Assembly: GCA_963703955.1 (NCBI GenBank)
Contig: CAVPGK010000009.1
Span: 1-33,274, forward strand
Direction: 5' to 3'
DNA length: 33,274 nt
Source: Nitrospirota bacterium
GTDB taxonomy: Bacteria; Nitrospirota; Nitrospiria; Nitrospirales; Nitrospiraceae
Part shown: piece after piece, positions 18,244-26,782 of the stretch
Numbering within the stretch: position 1 is the stretch's first letter
Layout of the letters: each line of letters starts with the position of its first letter
Program-made: the position numbers and the translations under genes
Notes under the pieces: model-generated
What the model was told of the DNA's origin: nothing
What the model saw: only the letters and a program-made list of their open reading frames with translations
The model's database searches: none

Positions 18244-18273
18244 ATTATAAAGAATTCCTCATTGTGGGGTCAA
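18244..18273 (-). promoter_or_regulatory. Putative sigma70 promoter of the HlyD-TolC-ABC operon
   Basis: Minus strand TTGACC (18273-18268) - 18 nt - TATAAT (18249-18244), 20 nt upstream of the GTG. Confidence 0.65.
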
Positions 18274-18353
18274 ATCCATGGCAGAGGTTGCCGCTTGGGG
18301 CAACAGGTAGCTGGGACGAGAGGGTCGATCACGGTCGAAGGAGAGACGCCAGC

Positions 18354-18383
18354 TTGACCCCCTACGCGGAGAAAGACTAAGGT
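18354..18383 (+). promoter_or_regulatory. Putative sigma70 promoter of purEK
   Basis: TTGACC (18354-18359) - 18 nt - TAAGGT (18378-18383). Confidence 0.4.
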
Positions 18384-18466
18384 GTTGGCCCAACCAGATA
18401 GAGAATGGTGTCGAATGTCGCCGCATAGGGCATTCGGAAGTATCCGGGCTTGGTCAAGAGGGGGCG

Positions 18467-19030
18467 ATGGCCGTTCAACGTCTGAGTCGAAAAGAAGCGA
18501 CGCTGTGGCCCGGGACAAATCAGGACACGGTTCCGCTCGTCGGAGTGCTCGGCGGAAGCCGAACCGACTTCCCGGTGCTGGAGAAGGCAGTGGCCGTGCT
18601 GCGGCAACTAGGAATCCCATGCGAGTTGTTGGTGGTATCCGCCCACCGGACGCCAGATCGGCTGTTCGCGTACGCGGAACAGGCGCCGGGGCGCGGGATC
18701 GAGGTGATTGTGGCCGGCGCCGGAGGCGCCGCTCACCTGCCGGGCATGTTGGCCGCGAAAACCTACCTACCGGTGATCGGCGTTCCGATTCCCACCGAAG
18801 ATCTCCGGGGCCTCGATTCGCTCTTGTCGATCGTGCAAATGCCGAGGGGGATTCCGGTAGCCACAGTGGCGATCGGAGGAGCGGAGAACGCCGGGTTCTT
18901 GGCGGCTGAAATTCTAGCGGGGCGGTATCCTCTGATCCGCAAGCGCCTCATCCAATTTCGGGAGGAGCAAACGCGAGCAGCCATCGCCTCCTCTGACGAG
19001 TCGCTGCCTGCGCCCAAGAAAAAACGGTGA
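18467..19030 (+). CDS. purE: N5-carboxyaminoimidazole ribonucleotide mutase
   Basis: VSAHRTP, AGAGGAAHLPGM, PVIGVP, GLDSLLSIVQMPRGIPVATV. Confidence 0.97.
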   Translation: MAVQRLSRKEATLWPGTNQDTVPLVGVLGGSRTDFPVLEKAVAVLRQLGIPCELLVVSAHRTPDRLFAYAEQAPGRGIEVIVAGAGGAAHLPGMLAAKTYLPVIGVPIPTEDLRGLDSLLSIVQMPRGIPVATVAIGGAENAGFLAAEILAGRYPLIRKRLIQFREEQTRAAIASSDESLPAPKKKR

Positions 19031-19036
19031 TCAACC

Positions 19037-20194
19037 ATGCACGGCTTGATTGCGCCGGGCACGACGCTGGGGGTCCTGGGAGGAGGACAACTCGGGGCCA
19101 TGTTCGCGCATGCGGCGCGGCGCCTGGGCTATCGTGTGGCGGTGTGGGATCCCGACCCTGACGCGCCTGCTCTCAAGGTCGCCGACCGGTCGTTCACCTC
19201 GCCCTTTACTGACGCCGCTTCACTCTTGGAGTTCGCGCACTGTGTCGGCGCGGTGACCTACGAATGGGAGAACATTCCAGTGACCGTAGCTTCTACGCTC
19301 GAACAAGCGGTCCCCATGAGACCCGCCAGCCGCATTTTGGGGCTGCTCCAGAATCGCCTCGAGCAGAAAACCTTTCTCATGGACCATGGTTTTCCGGTCG
19401 CACCATTTCAGACTGTCGTACATCCCGATGAATTGAAAGCCGCGGCGGAAGCGGTCGGTTTTCCCTCGGTCTGCAAAATCGCTACGGCAGGCTACGACGG
19501 CAAGGGCCAATGGAGGTTGGCTGAACCGAAGGACGTTCCAAGCCTGCGAGACACGCTAAGCCGGAACCAAAAGAGCCGATGGATTGTGGAACAGGTTCTT
19601 CTCTTTGAGAAGGAGGTGTCAGTTCTGGTGATCAGAGGAGTCGACGGGGACCGCCGCGTCTATCCGGCGGTCGAGAATCTGCACGAAGACGCAATCTTGC
19701 GTGTCACCCGCGCGCCTGCCGACATCGAGCCGAGAACCGCGGAAAGCGGTATGAATTTGGCTACATCTGTGGTGGACGCACTCGAAGGGATCGGTGTCTT
19801 CTGCGTCGAGATGTTTCTCATGCAGGATGGCCGTCTCTTTATCAATGAAGTCGCGCCTCGCCCGCACAATTCCGGCCACTACACACTGGATGCCTGTACG
19901 GTCTCCCAATTTGAGCAGCAGGTCAGAGCCCTCTGCGGCCTCCCGCTCGGCGAGGCCAGATTACTGGGTCCGGCCGTCATGGTCAATCTGCTCGGTGACG
20001 ATCTCACGCGAGCCACAACCGACGATGGCTTGATCAGTCTGTTACGCACCCCCGGCGCCAAGCTCCATGTGTATGGCAAGCGCTCCATCCACCCCGGCCG
20101 AAAAATGGGGCATGTGACGTTTCTATCTGAAAAAGCCGAAGAAGCGTGGTCGTCGGCGCTGTCCCTCAGAAGAATGCTCGAGAGCCACCAATAG
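19037..20194 (+). CDS. purK: N5-carboxyaminoimidazole ribonucleotide synthase
   Basis: LGGGQLG, TYEWEN, GYDGKGQ, NEVAPRPHNSGH, SQFEQQVRA, GRKMGH. Confidence 0.97.
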   Translation: MHGLIAPGTTLGVLGGGQLGAMFAHAARRLGYRVAVWDPDPDAPALKVADRSFTSPFTDAASLLEFAHCVGAVTYEWENIPVTVASTLEQAVPMRPASRILGLLQNRLEQKTFLMDHGFPVAPFQTVVHPDELKAAAEAVGFPSVCKIATAGYDGKGQWRLAEPKDVPSLRDTLSRNQKSRWIVEQVLLFEKEVSVLVIRGVDGDRRVYPAVENLHEDAILRVTRAPADIEPRTAESGMNLATSVVDALEGIGVFCVEMFLMQDGRLFINEVAPRPHNSGHYTLDACTVSQFEQQVRALCGLPLGEARLLGPAVMVNLLGDDLTRATTDDGLISLLRTPGAKLHVYGKRSIHPGRKMGHVTFLSEKAEEAWSSALSLRRMLESHQ

Positions 20195-20270
20195 TTATCC
20201 TAATTCGTGGTAGCTTTTCAGGTCGACCAGCCGCTCCGTAGGCAGACGCAACATGACTCCGCCATCCCTA

Positions 20271-20990
20271 CTACTCGAACTTCTGCCACGACGAGTGTCG
20301 TTGCGGAGCGAAGAAGCGGACGTCGGAACGTTTGAAGAGGCCGATCAGTGCCATTCCGGCGAGAATCCGCCCACGTGAGCGAAGAAGGCTACGCCTCCCC
20401 CTGATCGTCCCAGGCTCATGCCGCCGCTGAGCACCTGCAGCAAAAACCACAGGCCGAGAACCACTCCGGCCGGCACATACATGATCCTGGTGAAGAAGCC
20501 CAACGGAATCGAGCACCAACACTTGCGCATGAGGAAACAGCAGGATGTAAGCCCCCAGCACTCCTGAGATGGCACCGCTCGCCCCTACCATCGGCACAGT
20601 GGAGGTCGGATCGGTGATGGCATGGCTGTAGACGGCGACGATGCCGCACGTGATGTAGAAGATGACGAACTTGACATGCCCCATCGCGTCTTCAATGTTG
20701 TTGCCGAAGATCCAGAGGTAGAGCATGTTGCCGATGAGATGCATCCAGCCGCCATGCAGAAACATGCTCGTGATCAAGCTCACAAAGGGTGGAATGCTAG
20801 CGACTTCCGGAGGCAAGGCGGCGTTTCCGAACACGGTTGCCGGGATGGCGCCGAACTGAAACACGAACACTTCACCTGACTGTTCTGGTAACGACGCTTG
20901 GTATAAGAAGACCAGCACGCAGGCGGCAATGAACCCGACTGTCACGATCGGAGTGATCTCAGCGGGGTTATCGTCTTTGAGGGGGATCAT
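20271..20990 (-). CDS. Rhomboid-family intramembrane serine protease carrying two compensating frameshifts
   Basis: MIPLKDDNP start, SMFLHGGWMHLIGNMLYLWIFGNNIE, catalytic GASG; the catalytic-His segment VAFFAHVGGF lies in a different frame (ORF 20345..20575) between indels at ~20510 and ~20363. Confidence 0.9.
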   Translation of the reverse strand: MIPLKDDNPAEITPIVTVGFIAACVLVFLYQASLPEQSGEVFVFQFGAIPATVFGNAALPPEVASIPPFVSLITSMFLHGGWMHLIGNMLYLWIFGNNIEDAMGHVKFVIFYITCGIVAVYSHAITDPTSTVPMVGASGAISGVLGAYILLFPHAQVLVLDSVGLLHQDHVCAGRSGSRPVVFAAGAQRRHEPGTIRGRRSLLRSRGRILAGMALIGLFKRSDVRFFAPQRHSSWQKFE

Positions 20991-21082
20991 AAAAAGGCAA
21001 AAGTAAAAAGGTAAAAGTAAAAATTGCTCGCCGGGTTTACATATCCATACTTTTGCCTTTTAACTTTTACCCTTTGCTTTGC
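20991..21082. repeat. Inverted pair of short heptamer tandem arrays
   Basis: AAAAAGG-CAAAAGT-AAAAAGG-TAAAAGT-AAAAA (20991-21023) faces CTTTTGC-CTTTTAA-CTTTTAC-CCTTTGC-TTTGC (21050-21082) across a 26-nt spacer. Confidence 0.8.
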
Positions 21083-21929
21083 ATGGCCTCAGCGGGTCAA
21101 GCGGGGATGGTGTGTCGGAGGCCAGGTGAACCGAAAACCCTGCGGCGTGAGTGTGCCCGCCGCCGCCGTACTTGGTGGCAATAGCGGCGACATCGGCTCC
21201 CCGTTCGTGGGAACGAAGACTGTAGTAGCGGCGGCCCTCCCGGTCATGCCAGATCACGCAGAACGGATGGCCGGCCGATAAACGTTCACCGACCTGGCTC
21301 GTCAGGATCGGGCTTTGGACCACCGGAATCACTTCGTCGCCAAACGGAAGCAGTTTCGCTTCGGCGGCAATCTTTCCGACCAGTTCGTTTTCATATCGGA
21401 GAATCCCCCGGCCTTCCGTCTCCAGCGTGTCTTGCCGAAGACCGTCCCAGGTCCCGAAGTCGTATGGGTAGGAGGCCAGGGCAGCGTTGACCTCTCGACT
21501 GGCCGGCAACGCCCAGTGCCATAGGTCTTTGTCCTGCACGTACTGCAACAACCATGGAACCGGCGCCTGATGAGCCCACTCCCATGCCAAGACGGCGCCG
21601 GACTTTTTCTGATCAAAATAGGCGTAGGGCAAGCCGGCGAGCGATTGCTGGGCGGTGATGTGATGGTCGAGGACCTGCAGGGTTGCCGCCTGTGCCGCAA
21701 TGGCTTCAAGGACGGGACGCGCATAACTGAAGTCTACAATCACAACGTAGCGACCTGCCAGATCGGCCGGCGGAGGGCATCCATGCTTGACAGGGATGAA
21801 TTGGGCAGATGGAAATTTTTTCCACAAAGCCCAGGCAGCGCCGAAGCCGTCTGAGCACTCGGCGTGGTACAAGACCACCTCGGGTGAGCGCACGGAATCG
21901 TTCATGGGGGATCGAGGCACGGAACTCAT
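21060..21929 (-). CDS. DHH/DHHA1-family phosphoesterase
   Basis: YHAECSDG, IVDFS, LDHH, SLRS, GGGHTHAAGF. Confidence 0.92.
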   Translation of the reverse strand: MSSVPRSPMNDSVRSPEVVLYHAECSDGFGAAWALWKKFPSAQFIPVKHGCPPPADLAGRYVVIVDFSYARPVLEAIAAQAATLQVLDHHITAQQSLAGLPYAYFDQKKSGAVLAWEWAHQAPVPWLLQYVQDKDLWHWALPASREVNAALASYPYDFGTWDGLRQDTLETEGRGILRYENELVGKIAAEAKLLPFGDEVIPVVQSPILTSQVGERLSAGHPFCVIWHDREGRRYYSLRSHERGADVAAIATKYGGGGHTHAAGFSVHLASDTPSPLDPLRPCKAKGKS

Positions 21930-21983
21930 GTGGGGTTAGCTTACCACGGACAGGCTGGCGGGAGAAACCGACATCGGGGAAAG

Positions 21984-23078
21984 TCAGAGCCCTGCCGGAG
22001 GAGTCCCAGCGCCCTCTGCGGTGCCCACCGGCTGCGGAAAGCTGTTCACGCGATCGATCAGTTGCCGAAGCCGCCCTGCGCTCCGACGGTTGTAATGAAG
22101 CACGAGACGGGGAAAATTATGCAAGGTCGGCTCATTCTGCTCTTCCGGGAATGGATGGCGTTGTGAAATCGTACCATCCACCAACGTATCTGCAAATTCC
22201 GCTCTTAACGTGTCGATCTGGTCCTCCGCGAGCGTATGCTTCAGACGCATGACGAGGTGATGGTGCACAAACCGACTGGAATGATAAGTGCGGTAGAAGC
22301 TTTGAATCTCGTGGACCGCCGCCTCCGCTGAGTCGAAAATCTTGAAGAGGCTCAGATCCTCCTCGCTGATCAGTCGCTGGGACAGCAGCTGTCCCGTGAT
22401 GAAATCATACCAGCGATGCCAGTAGTCGCATCCGGGCGCCTGCAGGCACACGATCGGCTGAGGATGGCTCTTGCCGGTCTGGAGCAGGGTCAGCACCTCA
22501 AAGCCCTCATCATGGGTGCCGAATCCTCCCGGAAAAAGCGCGGTCGCATGAGACTCTTTTAGGAACATGAGCTTGCGGGTAAAGAAATATTTGAAGGAGA
22601 TCAACTTCGGATCGTCCGCAATCGTGGAATTGGCGCCTTGCTCGAACGGCAGGAGGATATTGAGGCCGAAACTGTTCTCCTTGCCGGCGCCTTCCTGAGC
22701 CGCGCCCATGATACCGTCGCCGCCGCCGGTGATGACCATAAACCCGCGCGCAACTAAGAGTCGAGCAAACGCAACCGCTAGTTGGTAGTTGGGCTCCCCG
22801 GGCGGGGTTCGAGCGGACCCGAAAAAACTGACTTTCAGTCGATCTCGGTATGGATAGAACACCTTGAAGGCATGACGAAGCTCCCTGAACGTCCGATTCA
22901 GGATCTTGAGGTCGAGCGTGTCCAATTGAGTCTCGTTGAGCCTCAAAATCGTCAACAGCATTTCCTTTCGGAGCGTGGTTCGCAGGTCCCCACCCGCGCC
23001 TTCCAGGAGCGCCTGCACTTGCTTGAGAACCTCCTCATTGGTAGGCACTAATCGTGCTGCTGAGTGCAAACCCTTCAC
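21984..23078 (-). CDS. LOG-family (TIGR00730-type) nucleotide phosphoribohydrolase-like protein with N- and C-terminal extensions
   Basis: FFGSART, ITGGGDGIM, LPFEQ, YFFTRKLMF, PGGFGTHDE; GTG start after AAGGAG. Confidence 0.92.
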   Translation of the reverse strand: MKGLHSAARLVPTNEEVLKQVQALLEGAGGDLRTTLRKEMLLTILRLNETQLDTLDLKILNRTFRELRHAFKVFYPYRDRLKVSFFGSARTPPGEPNYQLAVAFARLLVARGFMVITGGGDGIMGAAQEGAGKENSFGLNILLPFEQGANSTIADDPKLISFKYFFTRKLMFLKESHATALFPGGFGTHDEGFEVLTLLQTGKSHPQPIVCLQAPGCDYWHRWYDFITGQLLSQRLISEEDLSLFKIFDSAEAAVHEIQSFYRTYHSSRFVHHHLVMRLKHTLAEDQIDTLRAEFADTLVDGTISQRHPFPEEQNEPTLHNFPRLVLHYNRRSAGRLRQLIDRVNSFPQPVGTAEGAGTPPAGL

Positions 23079-23107
23079 GTGTCTCCTTCCCCTTCGTCTG
23101 TATCCAA

Positions 23108-23136
23108 ATCTTACCAGGCCATTCCCACCGGGTCAA
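23108..23136 (-). promoter_or_regulatory. Putative sigma70 promoter of LOG-DHH-rhomboid
   Basis: Minus strand TTGACC (23136-23131) - 17 nt - TAAGAT (23113-23108) with extended TGn. Confidence 0.65.
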
Positions 23137-23188
23137 AGAAATGACGAGTCGTTTCTTGAACGTTGTGAGGCCTTTCTATCTCGAGGGC

Positions 23189-23218
23189 TTGTAAAAGATT
23201 CTGTCTCGCCGCTAGACT
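23189..23218 (+). promoter_or_regulatory. Putative sigma70 promoter of DUF692-dus-maf
   Basis: TTGTAA (23189-23194) - 18 nt - TAGACT (23213-23218), divergent from the LOG promoter. Confidence 0.4.
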
Positions 23219-23293
23219 GCTAGATACACCAGTGTCTGACAACTTCAGAGAAGAAAGCAACGGGCCGTTTTCTTAGGCTGATGCGAGCCGTTG

Positions 23294-24778
23294 ATGACGT
23301 CGACCGACACAGAATTTCTCAGTCGTGTGTCCCGAATTCCCCGGCATGGATTGGGGCTCTCAGTGGACGTGTACTCGCCCGACCTGTTCGAACTCATGGA
23401 TGCGCTAGATCGTCGGCGCTTGAACTACGGATATATGGAAATCTTCAAAGCGTCGCAACGAGCCTTGGCCGAAGTCGCGCGCCGCCGGCCACATATCAGG
23501 TTCCAGTATCATGCCGAAGGCATTTGGGTGACGCAGCCGGGCCTTGCGACCAGTGCACAATTTGAAGCTGCCCTCGTGACGGCAGCCAGGCATCTCGCGA
23601 CATTGGATTGTTCTTGGCTCAACCATGAATGCGCCTCCAAGCAGATGGCGGGCTATTCGTTCGGCACCTATCTGCCCCCGCTGTTCACGAGGGCCAGCGC
23701 CGACCTGACGGCGGAGAACGCCTCGCTGATTCAGCGGCGACTCGCCGCGAGCCGACTGTTTCAACCGGGTCGCGAGCCGCTTCTCCTGATCGAGATCCCG
23801 CCGCTGACTTATTTTGGTTTCGGTGATCTTCCTGTGGCTGAGTTCTTTCGCCGGATTGTGAGACGGGCCCCCTGTGGGTTGGTGTTGGACATCGGTCATG
23901 TGTGGACCGTCTATCGTTATTCCGGCGCATGGCGGCGTCGCGGGCTGAGGGAATTCCTCGATGAGTTTCTTCACGTCTTTCCACTTGAGCGCGTCGTTCA
24001 GATTCATCTGGCTGGGCTGCATGTCCACCGGGCTGCAGCGGGCAAGACGGCAGAGGACCATGGACGCGACGTCGTCGATTCGGGACTACCATTGTGGATC
24101 GACGCGCACGGGGCGCCGATTCCCGAGGTGCTCTGGCAGATGCTTGCGCAGGTACTGTCCCATCCTCAGCTTATCAATCTGAAAGGCATGGCGCTGGAAG
24201 TTGACACCAAGTTGATTGTTGAGATCGTTACGGAGTTCGAGCGGTTTCAGTCGCGATTCGGAGAGTGGTTCAACCAGAAGCACCAAGATGCCCCCGGCGG
24301 GCACACATCCGACTGTCCAGGGCTGACCTCGTCTGAGTTCACATCCAGCGAGCGACAGGAAGTGGCCACACAGTACGAGCACTACGCACGAGTCGTGACG
24401 AATCAATCTGACACGTCTTCTGTCACCTCGCCGTTGCTGGGACAAGAGCATGATAGCCTCGACATCTATCGCCGGCAGTATCTCCCGCAGGAAATCCTGG
24501 AGTGGGGTGGCAACGTGCGAGACATGTTCCCTAAGACCGTCCGAGAATTGGAGAGCCATGGTATCCTGCTGTCCACGTTCGTGGAGTATTGGTTCCGGGA
24601 ACCTCGCTCGAGCCACGGCGAATACGATTTTTTCCTGCTCAAGCTCGAACGGTTTGTCGAATTTGTGAAGGAAATCGTGCCGGATGCTGTCAAGATTGCG
24701 GCTCGGGAAGCGGATGAGTCGCGGACGGCGTATCACGCGGCCAACGAGCCGTTCGAAGCGGCGAATCGTTACATGTGA
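23294..24778 (+). CDS. DUF692-family multinuclear non-heme iron oxidase (MNIO) with a fused C-terminal DUF2063-like domain
   Basis: GLGLS, YHAEG, NHE, LIEIPP, CGLVLDIGH, VVQIHLAG, WIDAHG, ALEVD match the DUF692 barrel ligand pattern; the extension LDIYRR...DMFPKTV...FVEYWF...FVEFV...IAARE resembles DUF2063; ATG 23294 or TTG 23291. Confidence 0.82.
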   Translation: MTSTDTEFLSRVSRIPRHGLGLSVDVYSPDLFELMDALDRRRLNYGYMEIFKASQRALAEVARRRPHIRFQYHAEGIWVTQPGLATSAQFEAALVTAARHLATLDCSWLNHECASKQMAGYSFGTYLPPLFTRASADLTAENASLIQRRLAASRLFQPGREPLLLIEIPPLTYFGFGDLPVAEFFRRIVRRAPCGLVLDIGHVWTVYRYSGAWRRRGLREFLDEFLHVFPLERVVQIHLAGLHVHRAAAGKTAEDHGRDVVDSGLPLWIDAHGAPIPEVLWQMLAQVLSHPQLINLKGMALEVDTKLIVEIVTEFERFQSRFGEWFNQKHQDAPGGHTSDCPGLTSSEFTSSERQEVATQYEHYARVVTNQSDTSSVTSPLLGQEHDSLDIYRRQYLPQEILEWGGNVRDMFPKTVRELESHGILLSTFVEYWFREPRSSHGEYDFFLLKLERFVEFVKEIVPDAVKIAAREADESRTAYHAANEPFEAANRYM

Positions 24779-24795
24779 CCGCCTAAACATCAAAG

Positions 24796-26034
24796 ATGAA
24801 CATGCAGTCGAACAACGATTCACGATTTGCGGTGAACGTTCCGCCCAGCTCTTTTTGGCACATGCTTCCTCGACCGATCATCGGGCTTTCCCCGATGGAC
24901 GGCGTGACGGATGCGGCCTTCCGTCGGGTTGTGGCTCGCCAGGCGCCGGCGGATGTGAGTTTCACCGAATTTACCAGTGTGGGCGATATCTGCCGGGGGC
25001 CCGACTTTCTGCTGACCTCGCTCCTTTACAGCGAGTGCGAACGGCCGGTGGTAGCACAGTTGTATGGCAAGGATCCGGACCTCTTTTATCAGGCGGCGCA
25101 CATCGTCTGTGAGCTGGGATTCGACGGCCTCGATATCAACATGGGGTGTCCCTCGAAAAATGTGGCGGCGTCTGGATCAGGAGCCGGTTTGATTCGGACC
25201 CCGGATCTCGCCCATGCCATCATGCGGGCAGCTCGGCAAGGCATTGAGGATTGGGCCAATGGCCAGACGCTGTTTGCCGCCGGTCTCAAATCGGCGCGAG
25301 TGGACCTCGTCAGGAGAATGAATGCCGATCGGACGGGGTGCCCGGATGCAGAGCGGCGGGTGATTCCTTTGTCAGTCAAGACCCGGCTGGGATATGACTC
25401 GATCGTCGTCGAGCGCTGGGTCAGCCACCTCCTTGAAGAACGGCCGGTGGTGATATCGATCCACGGACGAACACTACAGCAAATGTATCGAGGCGAGGCG
25501 GATTGGCGGGCGATTGCGCGGGCGGCTCCTTTGTTCAAAGGAACGGGTACGCTGGTCATTGGAAATGGCGATGTGCAGACCATGCGCACGGTGGTCTCCC
25601 GTGTGCGGGAAAGTCACGTTGACGGAGTGCTAATCGGCAGGGGCGTGCTCGGTAGTCCCTGGTTCTTCCGGACGAAGGAAATGGCCAGGGCCCTGGCTGG
25701 GTTCTGCCCGAGGGTCTCGGCGCTTGATGAGGCAGAGCTCTCCGAAGGGGACCCTGACCTCACTGAGCGATTCCACGTGCTACTGGATCATGCCAGGGAA
25801 TTCGAGAAAATTTTCGGGGTAGATCGGTTCCCCCGCATGCGGAAACACCTCGGCTGGTATTGCAAAGGGTTTCCTCATGCCGCGGCGATGCGCGCCGCCA
25901 TGGTTCGCGCATCGTCGAGTGTCGATGTCGAGCGCCTAGTGGCTTCCTATGACATCACCCTGAGGCGACTGGTCGATGACGCGCCTCTGTCGGAAGAAGC
26001 GGCTCCGCTCCCCTCGCTCCTTCCATGCGTCTGA
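24796..26034 (+). CDS. tRNA-dihydrouridine synthase family flavoprotein
   Basis: SPMDGVTD, TEF, AQLYG, DINMGCP (catalytic Cys), SVKTRLG, IHGRT, GNGDV, GVLIGRG, RKHLGWY; ~40-aa insertion before SVKTR. Confidence 0.93.
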   Translation: MNMQSNNDSRFAVNVPPSSFWHMLPRPIIGLSPMDGVTDAAFRRVVARQAPADVSFTEFTSVGDICRGPDFLLTSLLYSECERPVVAQLYGKDPDLFYQAAHIVCELGFDGLDINMGCPSKNVAASGSGAGLIRTPDLAHAIMRAARQGIEDWANGQTLFAAGLKSARVDLVRRMNADRTGCPDAERRVIPLSVKTRLGYDSIVVERWVSHLLEERPVVISIHGRTLQQMYRGEADWRAIARAAPLFKGTGTLVIGNGDVQTMRTVVSRVRESHVDGVLIGRGVLGSPWFFRTKEMARALAGFCPRVSALDEAELSEGDPDLTERFHVLLDHAREFEKIFGVDRFPRMRKHLGWYCKGFPHAAAMRAAMVRASSSVDVERLVASYDITLRRLVDDAPLSEEAAPLPSLLPCV

Positions 26035-26654
26035 TCCTGGCTTCCACGTCTCCGCGTCGCAGAGAACTTCTCTCCTTACTGCAGATGCCGTTCGAGATCG
26101 TCGAACCGGCCGTTGAGGAACAGATTCGCCCGGACTTGTCCCCGATCGATCAGGCGCGCCTGTTCGCGGAGAGTAAGGTTCGGGATTGCGAACATCGGTT
26201 TCCGGATAGCCTCATTATTGGGAGCGACACATTGATTGAACTGGACCGCGAGATACTTGGAAAACCGAGTACATCCGAAGACGCCGGCCGCATGTTGAGG
26301 CGGCTGCGGGGGCGCGAACATTCGATTCACACGGCAGTGACGCTCGCCGATAGAAGGAAGAGAGCGTACGAGACAACGGTGGAGACTGTCCGCGTCTGGT
26401 TCAAGCCACTGAGCGATGCCGCTGTAGACCGATATGTCCTGACCGGAGAGAGCATGGGGAAAGCCGGAGCCTATGCGATTCAGGGACATGGAGGTGATCT
26501 CATTGACCGAATTGACGGGGATTACACCGCAGCCGTCGGCTTACCGCTTCGGCTCGTGGCGGCCATGCTTCGCGCTCACGGCATCACGCTGCCGGTTTCG
26601 ATCGACGCCCTGTATCGGACTCGGCCCTATCCAAATTGGGCTCGCTTTGCGTGA
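26025..26654 (+). CDS. maf: Maf-family nucleoside triphosphate pyrophosphatase
   Basis: LILASTSPRRRELL, IIGSDT, LGKP, KAGAYAIQG, VGLP; overlaps the dus stop. Confidence 0.95.
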   Translation: MRLILASTSPRRRELLSLLQMPFEIVEPAVEEQIRPDLSPIDQARLFAESKVRDCEHRFPDSLIIGSDTLIELDREILGKPSTSEDAGRMLRRLRGREHSIHTAVTLADRRKRAYETTVETVRVWFKPLSDAAVDRYVLTGESMGKAGAYAIQGHGGDLIDRIDGDYTAAVGLPLRLVAAMLRAHGITLPVSIDALYRTRPYPNWARFA

Positions 26655-26696
26655 TGAGCACGTCACCTGCTTTTGCATTCCGGACAGGTCTCTCCG

Positions 26697-26725
26697 TTGA
26701 AATGGCTCCGCGGTTTCCTTACAAT
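26697..26725 (+). promoter_or_regulatory. Putative sigma70 promoter of the exported hypothetical gene
   Basis: TTGAAA (26697-26702) - 17 nt - TACAAT (26720-26725). Confidence 0.65.
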
Positions 26726-26782
26726 GGCGCGCATTATCTTTCTCGTGACACCTGCGTGCGCTCGGAAGTGAAGGAGGCACTC

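Noticed and set aside
18540..18570. PurE motif variant GGSRTD instead of MGSxSD
   Set aside because: All other PurE motifs, including the catalytic His in SAHR, are intact and purK follows; probably lineage variation
20991..21082. Possible CRISPR array
   Set aside because: Units are 7 nt with no unique spacers; it is a short tandem/inverted repeat
1218..21929. CorA-like protein plus DHH phosphoesterase as a type III CRISPR SAM-AMP effector/nuclease pair
   Set aside because: The genes are ~18 kb apart in unrelated contexts and there are no cas genes or CRISPR array in the window
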